Source of the DNA: an uncultured Mycobacterium sp.
GTDB lineage: Bacteria; Actinomycetota; Actinomycetes; Mycobacteriales; Mycobacteriaceae
Direction of reading: 5' to 3'
Length of the DNA stretch: 24,000 nucleotides
Assembly: GCA_964344085.1 (NCBI GenBank)
Contig: CAYFMA010000024.1
Span: 16,896 to 40,895, forward strand
Shown here: piece after piece, positions 8,396-15,493 of the stretch
Position numbering within the stretch: position 1 is the stretch's first letter
Layout: every line of letters begins with the position of its first letter
Position numbers and translations under genes: made by a program
The notes under the pieces: model-generated
What the model was told of the DNA's origin: nothing
What the model saw: only the letters and a program-made list of their open reading frames with translations
Databases searched by the model: none

Positions 8396-8450
8396 GAAAT
8401 CTGTCGGTACCAGGGGATACGTTTCAGGTGGAGAGAGAAAGGGGGACCCG

Positions 8451-9440
8451 GTGGAGGACGGGACGAAGCAAAAGGGGAACAGGCGGGGTCTGGACATCAT
8501 CGGCGACGTGCACGGGCACGCCGCGAAACTGGAGGAGCGGCTGACGGGGTTGGGCTACGAGCCCGACGGCGCCGGCTACCGGCACCCCGAACGCACGGCG
8601 GTCTTCGTCGGCGATCTGATCGACCGGGGGCCGCAGCAACTGCGCACCCTCGAGATCGCGCGCGCAATGGTCGAGGCCGGCAGTGCCCACATGGTGATGG
8701 GCAATCACGAGTTCAACGCGCTGGCCTTCGCGGCCGGACTGCGTGAGGACAACGAGAAGCACAGGCGCCAGCACGCGGAGTTCCTCGGGCAGCTGACCGC
8801 CGAGCAGCAGACCGAGTATCTGGACTGGTTCTGGACGATCCCGCTGTGGCTGGACCTCGGCGAGGTCCGGGTGGTGCACGCCTGCTGGCATGAGCCCTCG
8901 ATGGCGGTGGTCCGCGACGTCTGCGGCGGCGACCGGCTGGCGCCCGAACACCTGGCGTCGGCCAGTGCCGAGGGCGATCCGCTCTACGAGGCGGTGGAGA
9001 TTCTGCTGAAGGGCCCGGAGATCTGCCTGGCCGACTATGCCCAGCCGCCGTACGTCGACAAGGACGGCAACCGGCGGATCAACGCCCGCACCAAGTGGTG
9101 GCACCGCGGCGCGACGACGTTGCGCGAGCTGGCCGTCCTGGACGGCAACTTCATGACCGAGGACGGCAAGCCGTACCCGCTGCTGCCCGAGATCGAGGTC
9201 GACGAGAGCGACCGATCGGTGGTCTACAACGATGAGGTGCCGGTGATCTACGGCCACTACTGGCGGACCGACCAGCCGGTACACCTGGACGACTGGACCA
9301 CCTTCACCGCCTGCGTGGACTTCAGCGCCGCCAAGGACGACGGAGTGCTGGTGGTCTACCGATACGACGGTGAGCCCACGATCCGGCTGCGCAACTACGT
9401 GCCGCACGGAGCGGACGTGATCGAGCAGAGCGCGAGCTAG
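8451..9440 (+). CDS. PPP-family metallophosphoesterase (PrpE/ApaH-like Ser/Thr phosphatase or diadenosine tetraphosphatase)
   Basis: Motifs GDVHGH, GDLIDRGP and GNHE. I moved the start from the track's 8196 to the GTG at 8451, preceded by the strong SD GAGAGAGAAAGGGGGA (8431-8446). Confidence 0.85.
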   Translation: MEDGTKQKGNRRGLDIIGDVHGHAAKLEERLTGLGYEPDGAGYRHPERTAVFVGDLIDRGPQQLRTLEIARAMVEAGSAHMVMGNHEFNALAFAAGLREDNEKHRRQHAEFLGQLTAEQQTEYLDWFWTIPLWLDLGEVRVVHACWHEPSMAVVRDVCGGDRLAPEHLASASAEGDPLYEAVEILLKGPEICLADYAQPPYVDKDGNRRINARTKWWHRGATTLRELAVLDGNFMTEDGKPYPLLPEIEVDESDRSVVYNDEVPVIYGHYWRTDQPVHLDDWTTFTACVDFSAAKDDGVLVVYRYDGEPTIRLRNYVPHGADVIEQSAS

Positions 9441-10288
9441 GCCGGCGTCAGGCAGGCGATCCCGCTCCACGGCCTCTTGCCGGGGTTGCGGGGGTTGGGC
9501 TGGGGCAGTCGCGCCAGCAGCCGGGTCAGCGGCGGCAGCCGGTTGAACCGGAAGGCCGCCTGCGTCACCGACTCGATCGACGCAACCCTCCAGCCGAGGT
9601 CCTCGAAGAACCCCACCCCATTGGCCGGGGCGAAGGTGAACGGCGCATTCTCGAGCAGTCCGCCGGTGCGGTTGTTCATCGTCATCAGCAGCCCGATGGA
9701 CGGGAAATCCATTGCCCACCAAGCGATCTCCGGGCGGTGAAAGTCGTTCGACAGGCCGATGACGTCGGACTGGTCGAGGTACATCAGCAGTCCCTCGGTG
9801 AGCACGAAGGCCTTCGACGCCCCGGCCAGCGCCTCGTCGAGGAATGCTTTTCGGGCCGCGGCGTCGCTGAGGTCGACGGCGGTACGGGTCAGCCGGCAGC
9901 GCGGCTTCTCATCGGCAAGAAGGTGTTCCTTCTCGGCCAGTAGCGGAGCGAGATCGGCTTCCACCCAGCGTAATTCGGCCGGAAGGTCCAGCCGGTAGGG
10001 CCGGGTGTCCAGTCCGGCGGCGAGGTTGAGCACGCGATCGCAGCCGCGTTTGACCGCATCGGTGATGAGGTCGTCGATCACCTTGGTGCGGGCCACCATC
10101 CACCATCCGTTGCGCATCGCGCGCGGCACGGCGGCTGCGATCGCGCGGCCGCGCGGACCGGCGAGCCGGTCTGCTAGCGGGTCGTCGAACAGCGCGTCGG
10201 GGCGAACGGACTCGTCGGCCCGGTACACCGCGACCCAGCGCGCGGTATCGGAGACGTGCCCGACGGGGCCGGAACCGGCGTCGCTCAA
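9437..10288 (-). CDS. Class I SAM-dependent methyltransferase (leucine carboxyl methyltransferase-like, mycobacterial O-methyltransferase family)
   Basis: N-terminal SDTARWVAVYRADES and LNLAAGLDTRPYRL match the LCM-type family pattern. The only available start is TTG at 10288, which overlaps the K+ channel stop (TTGA). Confidence 0.8.
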   Translation of the reverse strand: MSDAGSGPVGHVSDTARWVAVYRADESVRPDALFDDPLADRLAGPRGRAIAAAVPRAMRNGWWMVARTKVIDDLITDAVKRGCDRVLNLAAGLDTRPYRLDLPAELRWVEADLAPLLAEKEHLLADEKPRCRLTRTAVDLSDAAARKAFLDEALAGASKAFVLTEGLLMYLDQSDVIGLSNDFHRPEIAWWAMDFPSIGLLMTMNNRTGGLLENAPFTFAPANGVGFFEDLGWRVASIESVTQAAFRFNRLPPLTRLLARLPQPNPRNPGKRPWSGIACLTPA

Positions 10289-11016
10289 GAGCCTTGTCCC
10301 TCAGCTTGATTGAGCACCAGACTCTCCAGTCGCATGATCTCGGCCTGCAACTGCTCGATGTGCTCGGCCGTCGCGGCCTCTTTGACGTCTTCTTCGTACG
10401 CCAGTTCCCGCACGATCCAGGTGGCCACCGTGGCGGTGACCACGCCGATCAGGCTGATACCTCCGACCATCAGCAGCGCCGCGATGACCCGGCCGACCGT
10501 GGTGACCGGAACGAAGTCGCCATAGCCGACCGTGCTCAGCGTCGTGATCGCCCACCACAGCGCGTCGCCGAAATCGGTGATGCGTGCACCCGGGGCGTAG
10601 CGCTCGGCCTTGAGCTCAGCCAGCGCGGCCACATAAGCGAGCAGCACCGCGCCGAACACGGTGAAGGCGATCACCCGGCCCCGGATCGCATCGCCGAAGG
10701 CGCGCTGCAGGATTCGCACCAGTGCCACCAGTCGCAGGAAGCGCAACGGCTCCAGGAACGGCAGGGTCACGACCGCCAGATCCAGCGGATGCCGGAAGAA
10801 CCACTGCAGCTTGTCCTCGGCGAGATAGAGCCGCACCAGATAGTCGATGACGAACGGCAGATACAACAGCGTCAGCGACCAGGACACCACCGTCATGGCC
10901 CGTCCGGTCGGCTCACCGAGCACCTCGTAGGTGTAGAGAATCAGGAACACCGCCGCGCAGCCGGCGAGCGCCCACTCGGCCTTGCCCTCCCAGCTCTGAA
11001 GTCGCGTCTCAAACAT
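10285..11016 (-). CDS. Voltage-gated-type (6-TM) potassium channel
   Basis: Selectivity filter TLSTVGYGD. S4-like helix LRFLRLVALVRILQR with Arg at every third position. ATG at 11016 lies 6 nt after a TAGTGT box. Confidence 0.85.
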   Translation of the reverse strand: MFETRLQSWEGKAEWALAGCAAVFLILYTYEVLGEPTGRAMTVVSWSLTLLYLPFVIDYLVRLYLAEDKLQWFFRHPLDLAVVTLPFLEPLRFLRLVALVRILQRAFGDAIRGRVIAFTVFGAVLLAYVAALAELKAERYAPGARITDFGDALWWAITTLSTVGYGDFVPVTTVGRVIAALLMVGGISLIGVVTATVATWIVRELAYEEDVKEAATAEHIEQLQAEIMRLESLVLNQAEGQGS

Positions 11017-11055
11017 CGTCGGACACTATCGCACCTGGCATTTTCGCTGATGAAG

Positions 11056-11064
11056 TGCTATAAT
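11056..11064 (+). promoter_or_regulatory. Extended -10 promoter element TGcTATAAT upstream of the vWA gene
   Basis: A perfect TATAAT (11059-11064) with TG at 11056-11057, in the 174-bp divergent intergenic region. It predicts a 5' UTR of roughly 120 nt. Confidence 0.45.
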
Positions 11065-11190
11065 TGAGAAGTAGGCGGCACCCCGAGTGGGGCCGCACAT
11101 CTGCAGCCGGGGGGCTCCACACAACGCGATCGGTGGCTTCTGCCGCCGTGCTTCGTGATGCCTGTCGCTGCCCAATGAAAGGTGGGGAAA

Positions 11191-11835
11191 ATGACCGATT
11201 CCAACAACACACTGATCGCCGCACTGCTCGATCGCTCGGGCTCGATGAGCGCCTCCAAGCCGGCGACCGAGGACGGCTGGCGCGAGCTCATCGGTGAACA
11301 GCGCGGCGAGCCGGGCCGGTGCGAGGTGACCCTCGCACAGTTCGACACCGAGTACGAGGTGCTTTATCCGCGTACCGATATCGGTTCGGTGCCGGAGTTC
11401 ACCGTCGAACCGCGCGGACGCACCGCGCTGCTCGATGCGACCGGACGGTTCATCACCGAGATCGGTCAACAGCTCGCGGCGCTGCCCGAGGATCAGCGTC
11501 CCGGCACGGTGATCTGTCTGATCATGACCGACGGTCACGAGAACGCCAGTCAGTCCTGGACGTGGGATGCGGTCAAGGCGCTGATCACCCAGCAGCGCGA
11601 CGTCTACGGATGGAATTTCGTCTTCCTCGGCGCCAATATCGACGCCGTCGAGATCGGTGCGCGGATGGGCGTGGGCGCCGAGGACGCACTCACCTTCGCC
11701 GCCGGCTCCTACAACGGCAACCGCGCGGCCTACCGGGTGACCTCGGAGAAGATGAAGGCGGCCCGGTCCGGGCGCCCCATCGGGTTCACCGTGGCGGACC
11801 GTGACGCGGCCATGGACCGCAAGTCCCAGCAGTAG
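11191..11835 (+). CDS. von Willebrand factor A (vWA) domain protein
   Basis: MIDAS motif DRSGSM plus a downstream TDGHEN. ATG at 11191 is preceded by SD GAAAGGTGGGG. The track start at 11182 (GTG) falls inside that SD. Confidence 0.8.
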   Translation: MTDSNNTLIAALLDRSGSMSASKPATEDGWRELIGEQRGEPGRCEVTLAQFDTEYEVLYPRTDIGSVPEFTVEPRGRTALLDATGRFITEIGQQLAALPEDQRPGTVICLIMTDGHENASQSWTWDAVKALITQQRDVYGWNFVFLGANIDAVEIGARMGVGAEDALTFAAGSYNGNRAAYRVTSEKMKAARSGRPIGFTVADRDAAMDRKSQQ

Positions 11836-11879
11836 CCCCTTGTCGGGCCGACGCCGGCGGCGCAGGGCAAAATGGCGGG

Positions 11880-12938
11880 GTGACTCCAAGCCCCGCTGAC
11901 CTGCGCCGCTGGCGCCGTCACCTGGCCAATGAGCGCGCCGAGGCCGCGGTCTACCGCGACCTCGCCCAGCGTCACACCGGCGAGGAACGCGAGATCCTGG
12001 CCGCCATCGCCGCCTCCGAGGAACGTCACCAGCAGCACTGGCTCGATCTGCTGGGCGACCAGGTGGGCGAGCCGGTGCGGGCCGACCTCGGGACCCGCGC
12101 GCTGGCCTTCCTGGCCCGCCATTTCGGCTCGGTGTTCGTGCTCGCTCTGGTGCAGCGGTTCGAGGCGCGCAACGTCTACGAGGACGACGCCGACGCCACC
12201 CCGACGATGGCCGCCGACGAACAGATCCACGAAGAGGTCATCCGGGCGCTGGCCGGCCGCGGCCGCGACCGGCTGTCCGGAACCTTCCGCGCCGCGGTGT
12301 TCGGCGCCAACGACGGGCTCGTCAGCAATCTCGCGCTGATCCTCGGTGTCAGCGCCAGCGGAGTCTCCGGTCACACCATCCTGGTGACCGGCCTGGCCGG
12401 GCTGCTGGCCGGTGCGCTCTCGATGGGCGCGGGGGAGTACGTCTCGGTGAGCTCGCAGCGCGAACTCCTGGCGGCCTCAGCCCCCAGCCCCAATGTGGGT
12501 ACCGCTCTGCTGCAGCTCGACGTCGACGCCAACGAACTCGAATTGGTCTATCGCGCAAGGGGAATGACGGCCGAGGAGGCGGCCCGGCATGCGGCCGAGG
12601 TGCTGCGCAACGAGATCGGGCACGAACCGCCGGGCCACGACGCCGACCGGCATGAGGCGGTCGGAACCGGACTCGGTGCGGCGTTGTCGAGCTTCATGTT
12701 CTTCGCGACCGGTGCGCTGATCCCCGTGTTGCCGTATCTGTTCGGGCTCAGCGGGACCACCGCTGTGGTGGTCGCCGCGGTGCTCGTCGGCATCACCCTG
12801 CTGGGCACCGGCGTGATCGTCGGTCTGCTCTCCGGGGCGCCGCCGCTGCTGCGGGCACTGCGTCAGCTGATGATCGGCTACGGCGCGGCCGGGATCACCT
12901 ATCTGCTGGGTCTGCTGGTCGGCGCGGGCGTCGGCTGA
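11880..12938 (+). CDS. mbfA: MbfA-like membrane-bound ferritin: N-terminal ferritin/erythrin-like domain fused to a VIT1/CCC1 Fe/Mn transporter domain
   Basis: ExxH-type di-iron motif (SEERHQQHW) in the N-terminal part. VIT1 hallmark AAVFGANDGLVSNLALILGV and C-terminal TM helices. Confidence 0.75.
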   Translation: MTPSPADLRRWRRHLANERAEAAVYRDLAQRHTGEEREILAAIAASEERHQQHWLDLLGDQVGEPVRADLGTRALAFLARHFGSVFVLALVQRFEARNVYEDDADATPTMAADEQIHEEVIRALAGRGRDRLSGTFRAAVFGANDGLVSNLALILGVSASGVSGHTILVTGLAGLLAGALSMGAGEYVSVSSQRELLAASAPSPNVGTALLQLDVDANELELVYRARGMTAEEAARHAAEVLRNEIGHEPPGHDADRHEAVGTGLGAALSSFMFFATGALIPVLPYLFGLSGTTAVVVAAVLVGITLLGTGVIVGLLSGAPPLLRALRQLMIGYGAAGITYLLGLLVGAGVG

Positions 12939-12967
12939 GTTTCGGTGCAGGGCTGTAAGCGTGTGAC

Positions 12968-13034
12968 TTTTTGCCCGCCTCGTAGCGACAACGCTCGCGC
13001 GCCGGAGGAGTTGTCGCTACGAGGCGGGCAAAAA
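12968..13034. terminator. Perfect 25-bp inverted repeat (17-nt loop) flanked by T5/A5: putative bidirectional intrinsic terminator or palindromic repeat element
   Basis: TTTTTGCCCGCCTCGTAGCGACAAC (12968-12992) is the exact reverse complement of 13010-13034. It sits between convergent genes ending at 12938 and 13085. Confidence 0.55.
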
Positions 13035-13056
13035 GAGAGTCGGGTGGGCGGCGGGT

Positions 13057-13096
13057 CTAGAGCGCCGGGCCTAGAGCGCCGGGCCTAGAACTGGGC
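13057..13096. repeat. 14-bp tandem repeat CTAGAGCGCCGGGC x2 plus a degenerate third unit that contains the stop codon of the 13085-13396 gene
   Basis: Copies at 13057-13070 and 13071-13084, and CTAGAACTGGGC at 13085-13096. The arm AGAGCGCCGGG (13073-13083) is also complementary to 13097-13107. Confidence 0.8.
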
Positions 13097-13396
13097 CCCG
13101 GCGCTCTGCATCAGTCCGATGCAGGTGCCGATGTTCTGCGGAGTGCAGGGGACACCCCGCACCGTCGGCAACTCGTTGGGGCCGCCGCCGACGATCGGCG
13201 GGCCACTGTTGGGCACGATCGCGCCGGGGATCTGGCCGCTGGGCATCTGACCGCCGCCGCCCTGCCCGGAGACGCACACACCGTCGAAGCTGGTCTGGAC
13301 CGTGCCGTAGGGGCAGGCCTGGGCGGGTGCCGCGGTCGCGCACAGGCCGGCGCCGACCAGTACGGCGCAAGCTCCGGCGCTGAGCAACGACCTCAC
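13085..13396 (-). CDS. Small secreted Gly/Pro-rich protein with four cysteines (103 aa)
   Basis: Signal peptide RSLLSAGACAVLVGAGLCATAAPAQA. The mature part has CPYG, GVCVSG, VPCTP and GTCIG. I moved the start from 13747 to the GTG at 13396, 6 nt after a TACTCT box. The longer ORF overlaps the divergent gene and has a non-protein-like N-terminus. Confidence 0.65.
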   Translation of the reverse strand: MRSLLSAGACAVLVGAGLCATAAPAQACPYGTVQTSFDGVCVSGQGGGGQMPSGQIPGAIVPNSGPPIVGGGPNELPTVRGVPCTPQNIGTCIGLMQSAGAQF

Positions 13397-13522
13397 CGGG
13401 GAAGAGTAACCCGCCGCAGTCTGGAAGGTTGCTGAACGACCTCGTGGGAACCTGCTGTGAATACCGCCGAAATGGCCTCTGAGCGGCGCATTCACCCCCG
13501 AAGGCCACGTACGTTCGCAGCT

Positions 13523-13786
13523 ATGAACGAGACCATGAAACGACTCTTCGTCGCCGGTGTCCTCGCCGGGTTCGCCGTCCTCGGAGTGGGAGTCGGGGCT
13601 TCGGCGACGGCCGCCGCCAGTGACATGAACATCAATGCCACCGGAGGCTCGGGAACAGCCGTCGACAAGGACGGAACCCAGGGCGATATCAAGCCCGCCG
13701 TCCAGGGGGCCCCGGACGACGACAACGACCAGGACGCCTGGCTGCACGGATCCCCGGACTTCACGCCGCAGTACAAGGCCAAATAG
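13523..13786 (+). CDS. Small secreted protein (87 aa, acidic mature region), immediately upstream of the CuMMO genes on the same strand
   Basis: Signal peptide MKRLFVAGVLAGFAVLGVGVGASATAAA. ATG at 13523 lies 7 nt after a TACGTT box. The ATG at 13535 is an alternative start. Confidence 0.6.
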   Translation: MNETMKRLFVAGVLAGFAVLGVGVGASATAAASDMNINATGGSGTAVDKDGTQGDIKPAVQGAPDDDNDQDAWLHGSPDFTPQYKAK

Positions 13787-13793
13787 CCGACTC

Positions 13794-13841
13794 GCCGAAT
13801 ATTCCGATCAGGCCGAATATCTAGACACTTGCAACTGCAAG
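13794..13841 (+). promoter_or_regulatory. Repeat/palindrome cluster upstream of hmoC (possible operator region)
   Basis: Direct repeat GCCGAATAT at 13794-13802 and 13812-13820. Palindrome CTTGCA-AC-TGCAAG at 13828-13841. The region is locally AT-enriched in an otherwise GC-rich window. Confidence 0.3.
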
Positions 13842-13886
13842 GGGTTGAATGTCAAGAACATCTCACTTGATGGAAGGCCTGCAGCT

Positions 13887-14717
13887 ATGACAACCATGGA
13901 CGTCCGGCACGACGCCGCCAAAGCCTCCGGCGCCGCCACCAAGAAGAAGAAGTGGGGCCCGGTCGCCCAGGGCGGGTCACTGTGGACCTGGGCCGTCGCG
14001 ATGGCCCCGATCGTCGCGATCTTCATCGGTTGGCGCACCTACCAGCAGGTTTTCGCCTTCGAGTACGGTCTTGACGCGCACAGCGCCGGGTTCAACAAGT
14101 ACTGGCTGACCCTGGCCCTGGTGAACATGACGGTGCTGCCGGCCATCGCCGGCGCCTGGTACGTCTGGATGTGGTTCTCCGGCCAGAAGCTGAACAAGCA
14201 GCCCAGCCGTGAAGAGGAGAGCCGCCGGATCTGGAACCTGTGGCTGATCATCCTGTCCTTCACCACCGCCGTGTTCGGCGCGGCGAGCTACTGCGCCGAG
14301 CAGGACGCCTCGTGGCACCAGATCGTCACCCGCGACACCGCCTTCACCCCGAGCCACGACGTGCTGTTCTACGGCTCGTTCCCGGTGCTGATCTACCTGG
14401 CCGTCGGCGCCTTCATCTACGCCCGCACCCGGCTGCCGCACCTGTTCGGCGGCAAGATGGTTCCGGTGTCCTTCGCCCTGATCATCGGCGGCACCGTGCT
14501 GCTGCTGTTCCAGGTCGCGATGAACGAGTTCGGCCACTCCTTCTTCCAGGCCGAGGAACTGTTCGCCGCTCCGCTGCACTGGCCGTTCGTGCTGTTCGGT
14601 TACCTGCTCGCCGGAACCTTCGCGGTGTGGTTCGCCACCGTGCCCCGTGTCGCTGAGCTGGCCCGCCAGGAGCGGCAGATGGCTGAGACCCCGGAGCTCG
14701 ACGCCGCGAACGCATGA
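13887..14717 (+). CDS. hmoC: Copper membrane monooxygenase subunit C (AmoC/PmoC family; hydrocarbon monooxygenase HmoC-type)
   Basis: AEQDASWHQIVTRDTAFTPSH gives D140-x3-H144-x12-H157. NEFGHSFFQAEELFAAPLH gives N213-x3-H217-x13-H231. These match the spacing of the two PmoC metal sites. ATG at 13887 is preceded by SD GGAAGG. The track ORF start at 13635 was rejected. Confidence 0.9.
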   Translation: MTTMDVRHDAAKASGAATKKKKWGPVAQGGSLWTWAVAMAPIVAIFIGWRTYQQVFAFEYGLDAHSAGFNKYWLTLALVNMTVLPAIAGAWYVWMWFSGQKLNKQPSREEESRRIWNLWLIILSFTTAVFGAASYCAEQDASWHQIVTRDTAFTPSHDVLFYGSFPVLIYLAVGAFIYARTRLPHLFGGKMVPVSFALIIGGTVLLLFQVAMNEFGHSFFQAEELFAAPLHWPFVLFGYLLAGTFAVWFATVPRVAELARQERQMAETPELDAANA

Positions 14718-15493
14718 CCGCCTCGGAAACCGCGGCACTCGAGGAGGCAGGACCGCCCTCGAAGCCGCTACTGAGTCGACGCTGGGATTTCCTGTTCATC
14801 TTCGCGGCCATGTTTCTGGTCATGGGCGCGTTCCACGTCAACCAGATGCTGTTCTCCGGTGACTGGTCGTTCTGGGCGGACTGGAAGGACCGGGAGTTCT
14901 GGCCACTGGTCACTCCCGCCGTCGGCATGATCGTGGTGGCCGCACTGCAGTACATCACCTGGTCTCTGCTGCGGCTTCCGGTCGGAGCGACCTTCGGTGC
15001 GGTGGTCCTGATGCCTGCCCAGTGGCTGTCGCGATGGGGCAGCTTCTCGGAATGGACGCACATTCCGCTGAACTTCACCTGGCCGGAGACCTTCGTCCTG
15101 GCTGCGGTGATCCTCGACGTCGTGCTGGCGGTCACCCGCAGCTACATCCTCACGTCGATGATCGGCGGCATGCTGTGGGGAGCGGTGTTCTGGTTCTTCA
15201 ACTTCACCGGTCTGTCGCCGTACCTGGCGCCGGTGGACTTCCACGGCACCCTGCTCACCGTCGCCGACACCATCTCCTTCCACGCGGCGCGCACCCAGAC
15301 TCCGGAATACCTGCGCATCATCGAGGAGGGCCACCTCAAGGCACTCGTCAGTGACATCACCATCGTGGTGGCCTTCTTCGCCGGCATGCTGTCGGTGGCG
15401 GCGTACTGGATCGGTCTTCTGATCGGCAAGTACCTCGCGGTCTGGCCGATCGGCAAGTTCTTCAAGCTGCAGACCGATTCGGCCGTCAAGTGA
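14714..15493 (+). CDS. hmoA: Copper membrane monooxygenase subunit A (AmoA/PmoA family; HmoA-type)
   Basis: Hallmark GDWSFWADWKDREFWP and QTPEYLRIIEEG align by eye along the whole length with PmoA. ATGA overlap with hmoC. Confidence 0.9.
   Translation: MTASETAALEEAGPPSKPLLSRRWDFLFIFAAMFLVMGAFHVNQMLFSGDWSFWADWKDREFWPLVTPAVGMIVVAALQYITWSLLRLPVGATFGAVVLMPAQWLSRWGSFSEWTHIPLNFTWPETFVLAAVILDVVLAVTRSYILTSMIGGMLWGAVFWFFNFTGLSPYLAPVDFHGTLLTVADTISFHAARTQTPEYLRIIEEGHLKALVSDITIVVAFFAGMLSVAAYWIGLLIGKYLAVWPIGKFFKLQTDSAVK

Noticed and set aside
8196-8450. Long N-terminal extensions of the phosphatase ORF (from 8196) and the deacetylase ORF (to 8500)
   Set aside because: The two extensions would overlap each other across the divergent intergenic region. 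The conserved domains begin right after the SD-linked GTG at 8451 and the Tat-signal GTG at 8284.
8424-9722. 432-aa - strand ORF opposite the phosphatase
   Set aside because: Antisense artefact. The + strand encodes the GDxHG/GDxxDRG/GNHE phosphoesterase motifs.
11064-11297. 77-aa ORF and a short GTG-initiated uORF inside the vWA leader
   Set aside because: Arg-rich composition and no SD. It overlaps the well-supported vWA start in another frame, so I treat it as non-coding leader.
13397-13747. Long version (220 aa) of the - strand ORF ending at 13085
   Set aside because: The upstream 117 aa have no protein-like character and overlap the + strand secreted protein gene. The GTG at 13396 begins directly at a signal peptide and has a TANNNT box 6 nt upstream.
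13635-13886. N-terminal extension of the hmoC ORF (track start 13635)
   Set aside because: The extension overlaps the small secreted protein gene in another frame and translates to Pro/Arg/Thr-rich junk. The ATG at 13887 has an SD and gives a normal PmoC N-terminus.
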